From a virus (taxonomy: Duplodnaviria; Caudoviricetes), in IMG/VR virus record IMGVR_UViG_3300037440_000357, positions 1 through 36,432 of that record: a stretch of DNA of 36,432 bases, one strand, 5' to 3'. Below, piece after piece: positions 25,601 to 34,578 of the stretch. The notes under the pieces are model-generated. The model saw nothing but the letters and a program-made list of their open reading frames with translations, ran no database searches and had not been told where the DNA came from. Both the position numbers and the translations under genes were made by a program. Within the stretch, counting starts at the first letter, position 1. Each line of letters begins with the position of its first letter.

Positions 25601-25840
25601 CTAATCGTCGAGTTTGACGCGCTGTGGTTGGAAGACGGCACGATTGATGGCCATGAAGGCCTGCTCGATGCCGGTACGCCCGATGGCGAGCCAGCGTTGG
25701 TCGATGTCCGGCCGGTCGCGCAGAGCATCAAGCCGCTGGAGGACTGTCTCTTCGATCTGCTTGTGCACGTTTACAATCGCAACTTTGCCGTCGGATTGCG
25801 CGGTGTACCCCGCAACAGGCATCGGCTGATGGTCCGTCAC
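25601..25840 (-). CDS. acb2: Acb2-like anti-CBASS cyclic-nucleotide sponge
   Basis: GY....N..K...RWLAIGRT.I...FMAINRAVFQP parallels Acb2 (RWLAIGKT.IQ.G.MAIIRAIAQP, recalled); AAGGA RBS. Confidence 0.75.
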   Translation of the reverse strand: MTDHQPMPVAGYTAQSDGKVAIVNVHKQIEETVLQRLDALRDRPDIDQRWLAIGRTGIEQAFMAINRAVFQPQRVKLDD

Positions 25841-25864
25841 TTCGATATTTCCTTTCGTTGAGAT

Positions 25865-26557
25865 TCAAACCTCATTGATCGACAAGATGCCGCCCGTCAT
25901 AGCGACGGTCTCGGACTCGCCGGGCATCGGAGCGCTGAGCGGCCAGCGCGCGCCAAGCAGCCGCCCTTTGGCGAGAGGGGCGACCTTGATGGCGTTGCTC
26001 TGATTGCCGCCGAGATTGTAAAAATTAGGGCCATTCTCGCCGGCATAGAACGCGACATGCCCCTGGTAGCCGCTTTTGGAGCCGCGCCAATAGACCATCA
26101 CGGCCCCGAGCGTCGGCGCGCACGGTCGCCCGAATTTGAGCCAGTTGCGCGCCAGGTAGGGATTGACCGGCAGCGGCTCGTGCGGCAGCGAAACCGCAAT
26201 GCAAGTTTCGATGAAATCGCCGCACCAGGGCATGACGCGCGGATCGCCTAGCGTGCGGCCGTCGCTTTTCAGGAAGCGGCGCAGCTCGGCGACGTCGCGC
26301 TGCTCATGCAGCCCTTTCTTGGTCAGCGCCAGGTCGAACCATGGCTTTGCCGTGCCGTTCCAGGCCGGCACCCCGTCAGCCGCGGTGAACATGACGGCGA
26401 GCGTTTTCGGCCCAGCTATGCCGTCGATCGCGAGCGGCGGATGCGCGCGCTGAAACGCCATGACGGCCGCAATCGTGCGTCGCCCGGATATGCCATCGAC
26501 AGGCCCCGGATCGAAGCCGAGCGCGGCGAGTTGGCGCTGGATCTCGGCGGTGCCCAT
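25865..26557 (-). CDS. Endolysin: PG-binding domain plus NlpC/P60-type (TIGR02594-like) domain
   Basis: IQRQLAALGFDPGPVDGISGRRT, PWCG, GHVAFY, LGGNQSN. Confidence 0.88.
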   Translation of the reverse strand: MGTAEIQRQLAALGFDPGPVDGISGRRTIAAVMAFQRAHPPLAIDGIAGPKTLAVMFTAADGVPAWNGTAKPWFDLALTKKGLHEQRDVAELRRFLKSDGRTLGDPRVMPWCGDFIETCIAVSLPHEPLPVNPYLARNWLKFGRPCAPTLGAVMVYWRGSKSGYQGHVAFYAGENGPNFYNLGGNQSNAIKVAPLAKGRLLGARWPLSAPMPGESETVAMTGGILSINEV

Positions 26558-27888
26558 CAGCTGCCGAACTCCAGCACGACCACGATGCCGGCAGCCCCGG
26601 CGCCGCCCGCTGTCCCGGTCGTATCGCGCACATTGGCTGCGCCGGAGCCGCCCGCTCCTCGCGCAACGCCGGCAACGCCGGCAACCGCCGAGGAATCGGT
26701 AGCGTTGGCGGCACCGCCGGGACCGCCGCCCCAGAAGGACGTGCCGCCATCGCCGCCCGTAGCATTCAGGATGCTGGCACCGCCGTGCCCCAAACCAGGC
26801 CCGCCGTGTCCGCCGGCGATGTTAATAAGCCCCCCCGTTGGCACGCCGCCGGCGGCGCCGGATGTGGCATTGACCGCGGCGGTGGCGCTGATCCCCGTTC
26901 CGGCGGCGCCGCCGGTGGCCGTATGCAAGGAGCCGAACGTCGTATTTCCGCCGGCGCCGCCATTCCCGCCGGTGTCGGCGCCCGCCGTGCCGCCGGCGCC
27001 AATGGTGACGGTCTGGCTTGCGCCGACTTGAGCCGCCGTAAACAATTCGATGGCGGTGCCTCCCGCTCCGCCGCCCGAGCCTGCCCCAACACCAGACCCA
27101 TCGCTATCGGCTCCGCCGCCGCCGCCGCCGCCGCCGGTCGAGATGACCAGCACGCGCTCGATGCCGCTCGGCCGCGTATAGGTGCCGGAGGATGTGAACA
27201 CCTGAACGGATTGAAAGCCGGGCAGCAGCGCGCCCAGCGCGGTCGCGTCGACGCCGTCGATCCGATACCATTCGGCGCCGTTCGACCAGATGCCGACGAC
27301 CGCATTGTTGTCGGTGAGCGTCAGCGAGGTCGAGGAGTTGTCGATCGTCTCCGAACCGTTCGGATCGATGATCATCGAATTGGCGGCGACGGTTTTCTTG
27401 AAGATGAAGCCCTTGCCGTCGCCGACGCTGGCAGCGCTCGGCAGATCGAACTCGATATTGCCGGAGGTGGTGTCGGCCTCGTAAGCCTTGCCGGCATCAG
27501 CGGCCGTCAGGGCAACGGGCGAGGCGGCATTGGTGACCTGCGTCCAGGCCAGCAGCGGCGGCGCGAATTCCGCCGCAGCGGCTGCGGGCGTAGCGGCCGG
27601 CAGATCATCGACCGGCCAGTTGCTGATCGTGACGTCGAGCGAATCCGTCAGCGTCTCCTTGTAGTCTTCAACGGCGTCGCTATCGCCGAAATAGACCGAG
27701 GTCGTCAGCCGGCCCGAGGCGTCAAGCACCAGCGGATTGCTATTCGGCGTCAGCCCCGCGGCGTCGGAAAAGGTCTCCTGATCCGTGGTGGTGCCGGCCT
27801 CGTCGTAATGGAGCTTACCGCCGGCGAGCGGGGCGCCGTCATCGTCGAAGAATTGCTCACCCTGGATGCGGTGCAGTTTGGTCGCCAT
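26557..27888 (-). CDS. Tail fibre / Gly-rich receptor-binding protein
   Basis: N-terminal QFFDDDGAPLAGGKL...NSNPLVLDASGR attachment-type motif; FTSSGTYT.P...GGGGGG Gly-rich domain. Confidence 0.8.
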   Translation of the reverse strand: MATKLHRIQGEQFFDDDGAPLAGGKLHYDEAGTTTDQETFSDAAGLTPNSNPLVLDASGRLTTSVYFGDSDAVEDYKETLTDSLDVTISNWPVDDLPAATPAAAAAEFAPPLLAWTQVTNAASPVALTAADAGKAYEADTTSGNIEFDLPSAASVGDGKGFIFKKTVAANSMIIDPNGSETIDNSSTSLTLTDNNAVVGIWSNGAEWYRIDGVDATALGALLPGFQSVQVFTSSGTYTRPSGIERVLVISTGGGGGGGGADSDGSGVGAGSGGGAGGTAIELFTAAQVGASQTVTIGAGGTAGADTGGNGGAGGNTTFGSLHTATGGAAGTGISATAAVNATSGAAGGVPTGGLINIAGGHGGPGLGHGGASILNATGGDGGTSFWGGGPGGAANATDSSAVAGVAGVARGAGGSGAANVRDTTGTAGGAGAAGIVVVLEFGS

Positions 27889-27902
27889 GTCGATGTCCCA
27901 AA

Positions 27903-27923
27903 GAAAAAACCCGCCGAAGCGGG
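27903..27923 (-). terminator. Rho-independent terminator with UUCG loop
   Basis: Minus strand CCCGC-TTCG-GCGGG-TTTTTT. Confidence 0.8.
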
Positions 27924-27950
27924 CCTTGCGTTGTCGATTGTGGTGTGCGC

Positions 27951-28103
27951 TCACATCAGCGCGGAAGCTGCAACTTCGCGCGCCATCTCCTCCGATGGGC
28001 AGACGCGCGGATCGCCGGACTCGTTGACGCCGTAGACGTAATATTCGTCGACGCTGGCGTCGTGCCAGATTTCGACTTCGCCGTCTTTCAAGATCAGCTT
28101 CAT
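27951..28103 (-). CDS. 50-aa acidic hypothetical protein
   Basis: MKLILKDGEVEIWHDASVDEYYVYGV...ASALM; GAGGAG RBS (manual translation). Confidence 0.6.
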   Translation of the reverse strand: MKLILKDGEVEIWHDASVDEYYVYGVNESGDPRVCPSEEMAREVAASALM

Positions 28104-28113
28104 CCCGATCTCC

Positions 28114-28338
28114 TCACATCAGCGTGAAGAGCTTGTCGCATTCCCGCCGCAGCTTGCCGTGCAGGAAATAGAGCGACTGGATCAGTGACTCCTCGGCCTC
28201 GCCGGTGGCGGCGCTATCGGCGGCGAGCCGCAGCAGGTTGATGTGCTCGTCCATGTCCTGGACGGACTGGTGAACGAGTTTCTTGACGCGATCGGCATTG
28301 CTCAGCGTCGGGTGGTTGAGTAAGCTTACAACAGCCAT
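28114..28338 (-). CDS. 74-aa hypothetical protein
   Basis: ATG 28338 with AGGAGG RBS. Confidence 0.65.
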   Translation of the reverse strand: MAVVSLLNHPTLSNADRVKKLVHQSVQDMDEHINLLRLAADSAATGEAEESLIQSLYFLHGKLRRECDKLFTLM

Positions 28339-28410
28339 AGCGACCTCCTGTGAAGGTTGGTGTGGTAGGCCTGATGGGGAGGGGCATCTCTCCGTCAGGC
28401 CGCAATATGG

Positions 28411-28439
28411 ACTATATAGGCCGTATAGTGGGTTGTCAA
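28411..28439 (-). promoter_or_regulatory. Near-consensus sigma70 promoter TTGACA-17-TATAGT with overlapping inverted repeat
   Basis: -35 at 28439-28434, -10 at 28416-28411; ACTATA-N7-TATAGT at 28411-28429. Confidence 0.8.
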
Positions 28440-28467
28440 TACGGCTAATATAGGCGATATTCCCTTT

Positions 28468-28644
28468 ATGGCCGCTGAAACGATTTTCCCCGTTCGAAAG
28501 CTTGTCTACCTCACCGAGGGGCAGGCCGTTGCGATTTCCGATTTCCGCTTTGCAAAGCGCCTGCAATCGGAGAACGAAGCCATCCGCCAGCTCATCGAGC
28601 TAGGCCTTGAGGCCGCCAAGCAGCGCCAGAAGGTGAAGGCATGA
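28468..28644 (+). CDS. Ribbon-helix-helix (Arc/Mnt/CopG-like) repressor
   Basis: RKLVYLT...AISDFRFAKRLQSENEAIRQLIELGL (manual translation). Confidence 0.7.
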   Translation: MAAETIFPVRKLVYLTEGQAVAISDFRFAKRLQSENEAIRQLIELGLEAAKQRQKVKA

Positions 28645-28790
28645 ACAAAATCGAATACCGGATCGAGCTTCTCAAGCTGGCTCTCGCCATCCTGGAATAC
28701 GAGGACTCGCCGCCCGTGAACGTCGAGAATCTCACAAAGACCGCCGACGGCCTCGAAACGTGGCTGCATAAAGCAGGCCCTACGGACTGA
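28641..28790 (+). CDS. 49-aa hypothetical protein
   Basis: ATGA-coupled; MNKIEYRIELLKLA...ETWL. Confidence 0.55.
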   Translation: MNKIEYRIELLKLALAILEYEDSPPVNVENLTKTADGLETWLHKAGPTD

Positions 28791-28797
28791 CAAAGGC

Positions 28798-29073
28798 ATG
28801 AGCGAAGAGCGCCACGTTTTCCACATTCGAATTAATGGCGGTCCTGAGCAGCGCATTCTCACAAAGAGCGGCGTGTACGTTTACGCCGTCGCTGCGGTAC
28901 CTGCGCTATTCGACACTGGCTTGCCGGTCTCCGTGGAAATCTGGGTGCCCAGGCTTCTGCCGGAATACGGCCCCTATTCTTACAGGGTAGAGACTGACGA
29001 ATTTGGCAATCCAGTAGTGCGGCATGACCTTGCGCTTGAGTTGGAGCGCTCGAAGGCCGTCCCTAAGGACTGA
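28798..29073 (+). CDS. Hypothetical protein
   Basis: Third gene of the plus-strand mini-operon. Confidence 0.55.
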   Translation: MSEERHVFHIRINGGPEQRILTKSGVYVYAVAAVPALFDTGLPVSVEIWVPRLLPEYGPYSYRVETDEFGNPVVRHDLALELERSKAVPKD

Positions 29074-30469
29074 CCTGCATCTCGTCCTGCGCCCCGCCCT
29101 GCCCGGCCATCTCCTGCGTCACGAACTGCATGAAAGCGTCCAGCGCCTGGCCGAAATCGCTGCTGCCGGGATCGGCCGCCGATAGCGCGTTCTGCGGCTG
29201 GCCGCCGCCCATCTGCGCCGGATCGCGCAAAAGCCCGCGATCGATGCCCTGCCGCATCAGCTCGCCCGCGCCTTCCGACAGCATCATCGGCCCCGCAGCC
29301 TTGCCGAGAAAACGCGCCGCCGCCCCGATCCCGGGCACCTTCGACAGATATTGCCCGCCCTTCATCGCCGCAGCCGTCGTGCCGCCGGCAACAGTGGCGG
29401 CGCCCGCGCCGGTCGCGGTCTGCTCGACGGGGCCGGCGCCACGCGCCTCGGCGGAACTGCTGGCCGCGTCATAAGCCATAGTGCCCGCAACGATCGGCAG
29501 GGCGACGCCGGGCAGCCGGCGCGTCGTCGACGCCATGTCGCGGACCTTGCCCGACAGCCGGCTCGCGAAGTTCGGCCCAGGATTGACGCCGAGTTCGCGG
29601 GCGACTGCTGCGCGGTTCTTCGCCGTAACATTGCCGGCCAGATATTGCGCGGCTTGCGCTTTGGTCATCTTGCCTCTTGCGCCGGCCTCGCGCGCCGCAC
29701 GCTCCAGCCGCTCGCTATTCGTGGCGGGCTGTGTCGGGGCCGCTGGCGGCGTGTTAGGCGGCGGCAGTGCTTGAGGCGGCGCTGCGCGTGACAGGGCGTT
29801 GTCGGGCATCGTCGGCGGCTTGTCGTCAATGCCGGGGATCGCTTGCGGCGTCAGCGATCGAGCCAGACCCTCCCCCGTCGTGACCGCGCCGGCGGCGAGC
29901 AAGCCTGTCCCGCCTGCATTGACCATGTCACGCCCCATGCCCTCCTTCATCCTGGGCGCCACATATTCGCGCAACGCAAGCCCCTCGGGGATGAAATAGG
30001 TCATCGCCTTGCCCGCATAGGGCGCGAATCGCCGGCCTGTGCCCATCGACTGCTGGCGCGCTGGCGACATTGCCTTCTGGCGGCGCTCGATGCCTCCGGC
30101 GGTCTTATGCCCGAGATACATGCCCGCGGCCGCTGGCACGGCAACCTTGCCGCCCTCATAGGCCTGACCGATCGGCGAGCGCTCCCAGTCTTCCTGCTCC
30201 TGCTCGCGCGCCGTGGATTCCGCCCCGCCGATCTCATTCGTGACCGTGCGCACGCGCTCCTGAAGCTCGCCGCGCTTTGTTACGGCGTCCTGGTAGAGCT
30301 TCTCATTCTCGGCAATCGTCCGGCGGCCCTCGTCGATCTCCGCCTGCCCACTGCGGCCGGACATGATCTTTTTCTTCTGCTCAGCCGTGTAGCGCTCGGG
30401 CAGCTGGTAATTTTCCAGCTCCTGCATTAAATTCTGCAGAAGTTTTTTCCGCGGGTCCATTTCGGCCAT
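29063..30469 (-). CDS. Putative ejection/internal virion protein
   Basis: Ala/Gly-rich, 468 aa, in the DNA-transfer gene block. Confidence 0.55.
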   Translation of the reverse strand: MAEMDPRKKLLQNLMQELENYQLPERYTAEQKKKIMSGRSGQAEIDEGRRTIAENEKLYQDAVTKRGELQERVRTVTNEIGGAESTAREQEQEDWERSPIGQAYEGGKVAVPAAAGMYLGHKTAGGIERRQKAMSPARQQSMGTGRRFAPYAGKAMTYFIPEGLALREYVAPRMKEGMGRDMVNAGGTGLLAAGAVTTGEGLARSLTPQAIPGIDDKPPTMPDNALSRAAPPQALPPPNTPPAAPTQPATNSERLERAAREAGARGKMTKAQAAQYLAGNVTAKNRAAVARELGVNPGPNFASRLSGKVRDMASTTRRLPGVALPIVAGTMAYDAASSSAEARGAGPVEQTATGAGAATVAGGTTAAAMKGGQYLSKVPGIGAAARFLGKAAGPMMLSEGAGELMRQGIDRGLLRDPAQMGGGQPQNALSAADPGSSDFGQALDAFMQFVTQEMAGQGGAQDEMQVSP

Positions 30470-30481
30470 CAGGGGTGTCCT

Positions 30482-30568
30482 ATGTCGAGTTTGGAAATCT
30501 TCATATTATTTTTCATCATTGGATTCGTCTCGGTCGCAGCCGGGCGGCTGTGGCAGCGCTGGCGCTAA
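30482..30568 (+). CDS. 28-aa membrane peptide
   Basis: MSSLEIFILFFIIGFVSVAAGRLWQRWR; AGGGGG upstream; AT-rich. Confidence 0.45.
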   Translation: MSSLEIFILFFIIGFVSVAAGRLWQRWR

Positions 30569-30608
30569 CGATCTTTACCAGCCTCGTATAATCGTGTACA
30601 AAGTGTGC

Positions 30609-30923
30609 ATGAAATGGAAATCCACGCAAATCGCCGTTTTCCTGCTGCTGTTCTTCTGGGTACATTATCGGATCATCAACAAGGCTGGCTGGAGTGAGTT
30701 CCTGCTGCAGGGGCCCATGCTCCCGCTTATCATGGCTGGCTATTGCTTCATCGTGACCTGCATCATTTTCAGCATCACCTTGCGGCTGCAAGTCTGGTAT
30801 CGGGCACGCCGGGCTCGCCGTCAGGGCGCCGGCAAGCGCGGCGTCCCTTCCATCGTTCCCGACAGCAATTGCGATGTCAGCTCGGCAGCCAAAGCGGCGC
30901 CGCGCGGCGTCCGGGCGCTGTAG
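30609..30923 (+). CDS. Small membrane protein (possible superinfection exclusion)
   Basis: Two TM segments; opposite strand to the ejection genes. Confidence 0.5.
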   Translation: MKWKSTQIAVFLLLFFWVHYRIINKAGWSEFLLQGPMLPLIMAGYCFIVTCIIFSITLRLQVWYRARRARRQGAGKRGVPSIVPDSNCDVSSAAKAAPRGVRAL

Positions 30924-32872
30924 CGGCTGAGCGCAATAAGTCGCTCCCGCGCATTCGGGTCGATCATCAGCTGCGCCAGGTCTTCGACATTCCGCCCCAT
31001 CCGCCATTGCTGGTAGCGGTCGCGGATCGCCGCCAGCGGGTTGATCTTGCCGGCCGCGCCGGACAGAGCCTCGCCGGGAATGCCGCCGCCCTTCAGCCGC
31101 TCGGTAATCAGCCGGTTGAACTCCGTCTGCGATCCGACCGCCTGGCGGCGGCCAGTTGCCTGGAAAATATCCATAAGCCGCTCAAAGCCGCGTGTGACGG
31201 CCGCGCCATTCGGCAACTGCTGCATCGCGGCGCGCAGATTGCGGCGCAGCTGGCGATCGCCGACAAGCCTGGCGCGAGTCATTGCACCGCCCCATTGGTG
31301 ACTGCCGCCGACAAGATCGCGGGCCGCCTGATGATAGCCCTGCTCGACGCGCATGCGCACGACGTTCGCCGTAGCGCGCGGGGCGCGTCCGGCCAATTCG
31401 CCAAAGACTCGGCCCGTTTCGGCGGCCGTGTTCGGTAGCGGCGATTTCGGCAGCAGCGCATTCAGCGCGCCCTCCGTCGTTCCCGCGTCGGCGGCGCGCC
31501 CGAGCGGTCCGGCCTGCATCGGCTCAAGCGTGCCGCGGCGCATGCGCTCCTCGATGTCGAGGGCCCGGCCATATTCGCCGGAGGTGCGTCTGCCGGCATC
31601 GCGGACTGCATCGGCGTCGCGGCCATAGCCGGCCGATTGCTGCATGTTGCGGTTCGGGTCGGTGACCGAGGCGACGTTGCGCGAGCGCTGGTTGAGATAT
31701 TTCTTGACCTCGTTCAGCACGCCGACGCTGTCATCCGGCAGCCCCTCGACATAGCGAGCGAGCTGCGGATTGTTTCTGACCGCGTCCAGCGCCTCGTCCC
31801 AGCCGGGCAGGTGGCGCAGCGTGTCCATCGTGCGGGCCGGCACCCGCGCCGTCGCCGCCCGCGCATAATGAGGCTCCGCAATGCGGTTGATCTGCTGGCG
31901 CGTGGCGTTGATGGCTTCCTCGGAGGCCTGCGCGATCTGCGGGCCGACAGTATAGGGGCGCATCGGCACGGCGGCGATCTCGGCCATTTGCTGATCGAAT
32001 GCATGCTGAACCTGGCCCGGCCGTTCCGCCATCACATGGCGCACAGCCCCACCCTGCTGGCTGCCCTCGACGACGCGCTGCAGATTGGCAAGCGAGGTGC
32101 CGCTGTTGGTCACCTGCTGAATGGCTTCCGGCCAGGTCAGCGTAATGCCGCGCGCCGCCGCGTCGTCGACAAGACGCGCCGCCTGGTTGATCACGGCCGG
32201 ATCGAGCCCGGCGAGCGATTCGCCCATCACCTCCCCTGCCGTCCCCGGCCGCCGCAGCAGCGCCGTGGCGCCCAGGCCACCAAGCGCGCCGCCGACGCGG
32301 GCATAGGGCTCCAGCACCGTGCCCTCGGTCGCCTGCCCGGCGGCCTCCGAAGCGACGCCCGGAACGCCGGCAAACCAGCCTATATTGCGCAGCGCATTGC
32401 CGGGCCCGGCGACTGCCGCCGGCACGAACTCCCCGATCGTGCGCGCATATTTGCCTGCCGTCGTCTTCGGCTCATGCAGTTCGCCCGTGACCGGCTTGAT
32501 CGTGTCGAGCACCTGCTCCGTCGTCGGCGTCAGCTTCGTCCCCATGGTGGCGAACTTGCCGCGCTGCTCGATATAGTCGGGGTCGTCAGACGCAATACCG
32601 GCCTTGCTGGCGCCCCAGCGCATCAGCCGCGCTGCCTCGCCCGGCAACCCGACCAGCCCGGCGGCGCCTCGCGTAATGCCGGCGGTCGCCGATTGCACGA
32701 CATCGCCGACGGTGGAATCGCCCAGCATCTGCAGCGTCGTTTTCGAGGCATTGCGCAGCTGCTCGGCCGTCACGCCTTCGGAGGCCACATAGCCGTCGAG
32801 CTCGTCCTCCGGCGCACCGGCATCGATCATCTTTTTCAGGTTGCGCTTGATGCGGTCGAAATCAGCCATCAC
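30821..32872 (-). CDS. Putative DNA ejection protein (P22 gp16 position)
   Basis: 683 aa, Ala/Gly-rich hydrophobic N-region; synteny. Confidence 0.65.
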   Translation of the reverse strand: MMADFDRIKRNLKKMIDAGAPEDELDGYVASEGVTAEQLRNASKTTLQMLGDSTVGDVVQSATAGITRGAAGLVGLPGEAARLMRWGASKAGIASDDPDYIEQRGKFATMGTKLTPTTEQVLDTIKPVTGELHEPKTTAGKYARTIGEFVPAAVAGPGNALRNIGWFAGVPGVASEAAGQATEGTVLEPYARVGGALGGLGATALLRRPGTAGEVMGESLAGLDPAVINQAARLVDDAAARGITLTWPEAIQQVTNSGTSLANLQRVVEGSQQGGAVRHVMAERPGQVQHAFDQQMAEIAAVPMRPYTVGPQIAQASEEAINATRQQINRIAEPHYARAATARVPARTMDTLRHLPGWDEALDAVRNNPQLARYVEGLPDDSVGVLNEVKKYLNQRSRNVASVTDPNRNMQQSAGYGRDADAVRDAGRRTSGEYGRALDIEERMRRGTLEPMQAGPLGRAADAGTTEGALNALLPKSPLPNTAAETGRVFGELAGRAPRATANVVRMRVEQGYHQAARDLVGGSHQWGGAMTRARLVGDRQLRRNLRAAMQQLPNGAAVTRGFERLMDIFQATGRRQAVGSQTEFNRLITERLKGGGIPGEALSGAAGKINPLAAIRDRYQQWRMGRNVEDLAQLMIDPNARERLIALSRYSARTPRGAALAAELTSQLLSGTMEGTPRLPAP

Positions 32873-33924
32873 TCAAGCCCATATTTCTGCTGGTAGCGCT
32901 TCTTGTCCTCTTCCAGATTTTGCTTCGGCGGCAGGTTGTACTCCGGCACTTCGGGAAAATCGCGCACGACTAGCGAGGGATCGATGCCCTGCTGCTGCGA
33001 CAGCCCGCGGTATCGGTCAGTTGCCTTCGTGGCCTCGCCGCGATAGGCATCCAGGCGATTGCGCGCCACGCCGAGCATTTCCTTGCGCGCTTGCGGCGGC
33101 AGCTTGCCCTTGCCCTCCAGCAGAAAGCGCCAATAGCCCTTGACCTGTTCCGGGATCGCCTGGCTTTTCCTGACGGTCTCGAACTCGCCTTCGCGCACGA
33201 CGCTGCCGGGGTCCATCACTTTCGCAAGGCCGTAGACCAGATCGAGATCGGAGGAGGCGGTGTCGGAGGCGGCCGAGGTCAGCATCGAATTGTAGACGCC
33301 GACGCCGTCATCGTACATTTTGACACCCGTCTGCCCACCATACTCCTTGCGGAGCGAGGAGACGTTTTCGAATGTCGGAGGCTCGACGCCGCCGCCGGGC
33401 TGGTCGATGAACTGCCTGGTCTGCTCGTCGAAAATCCGCCCGCCCTTGCCGACGACCTTGAAGCCCTCGGCGCTGGCCTTGCGTTGCTTCAGCTCCATGT
33501 CGAGCACGTCCTTGACCTTGCCGGCCTGGGCAAGCACATAGTCGCGGGTGCCGTAATCCTGCCACTGCTCGACATTGAGCCCGGCGCGCTGGGCGGTCTC
33601 GATGGCCATCGCCCATTTCTCCGGCGTGTCTGCCGCCATGGCGAGATTGCCGAGGATTTCATTTGACCGTTTCGCCTTGGCCAGCTTGTCGGCGTCCGCT
33701 TGGCGCGCCACGTCACGGAAGTGACTCTGCATTTCAACTGCCTTGTCAAGCATGCCGCCCTGCGCCAGCGCGTTGACAGTGCCTTTCTGGTCGCCCTGCT
33801 GAAAGGCCTGCCCGGCCTGGCTCATCACGTTCTGCTCGCGCATCACAGAGCCGACATTCATCCCGTGCTGATGCTGCGCCAGGATGTTGTTGATGTTCGG
33901 AATGTAGGGGTTCGCGAATGTCAT
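32869..33924 (-). CDS. Putative DNA ejection protein (gp20 position)
   Basis: DL.LVYGLAKVMDPGSVVREGEF motif of podovirus internal proteins; synteny. Confidence 0.7.
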   Translation of the reverse strand: MTFANPYIPNINNILAQHQHGMNVGSVMREQNVMSQAGQAFQQGDQKGTVNALAQGGMLDKAVEMQSHFRDVARQADADKLAKAKRSNEILGNLAMAADTPEKWAMAIETAQRAGLNVEQWQDYGTRDYVLAQAGKVKDVLDMELKQRKASAEGFKVVGKGGRIFDEQTRQFIDQPGGGVEPPTFENVSSLRKEYGGQTGVKMYDDGVGVYNSMLTSAASDTASSDLDLVYGLAKVMDPGSVVREGEFETVRKSQAIPEQVKGYWRFLLEGKGKLPPQARKEMLGVARNRLDAYRGEATKATDRYRGLSQQQGIDPSLVVRDFPEVPEYNLPPKQNLEEDKKRYQQKYGLE

Positions 33925-34565
33925 CAGAAGTACGCCCTGTTGCTGAGCGGGTTTTGCCCGGATGCCAGCCCTTGCTGGTACATATTATAGCCCGCGACAT
34001 TGGACAGCCCGCCGCTAAGCGCATTGCCGGCGCCCATGATCCCCTGGCCCTGATACATGCCTGCCTGGGAGAGCAGATTGCCCTGCTGCGCGGCCGATTG
34101 CTGGCCGAAGCCGGCGAGCGCCCCGGCGGCGTTGCGGCCCGTATCGACCAGCCCGCCGAGCTGTGACAGCCGGTCCTTATACTGACCATAGATCGCATTC
34201 TGGCCGGTCGTCAGCAGGGAATTCGCCAGCCCGCCGCCGGTATTGCCCAGGATCGAATAGCGCTTCATCGTCTCCGAAAGCGCATTGTTCAGCGAGGTCT
34301 CGAAGCCGGGGTCGTGTTGGAAATCGTCGTAAAAGCCCTGCTGGGCCTCGCGCCCGCGCAAGCCGACGCCCGTTTCATACTGCTCCAGCGCCTTCTCGCC
34401 GGCGCCGGTATAGGGCGACATCAGCTCCTTCGTTTCCTCGAACTGCTGCGCCTGCAGCTTGGCAGCCTTCTTCGACGCATCGGCGGCTTTGCTGGCGCCG
34501 TAGATGGACGCGCCGGCGCCGATGACGGCGGAGCCGAGGAGGGCGGCTGTCGTGCCGATTGCCAT
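33924..34565 (-). CDS. DNA transfer protein (P22 gp7-like)
   Basis: AVIGAGASIYGASKAA..., PY..AG.KAL; Gly/Gln/Ala-rich. Confidence 0.75.
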   Translation of the reverse strand: MAIGTTAALLGSAVIGAGASIYGASKAADASKKAAKLQAQQFEETKELMSPYTGAGEKALEQYETGVGLRGREAQQGFYDDFQHDPGFETSLNNALSETMKRYSILGNTGGGLANSLLTTGQNAIYGQYKDRLSQLGGLVDTGRNAAGALAGFGQQSAAQQGNLLSQAGMYQGQGIMGAGNALSGGLSNVAGYNMYQQGLASGQNPLSNRAYF

Positions 34566-34578
34566 GGTTTAAACGTCC

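Noticed and set aside
26557-27140. GCC/GGC repeats or a DGR variable region in the tail fibre
   Set aside because: Explained by Gly-rich coding; no template repeat or reverse transcriptase seen
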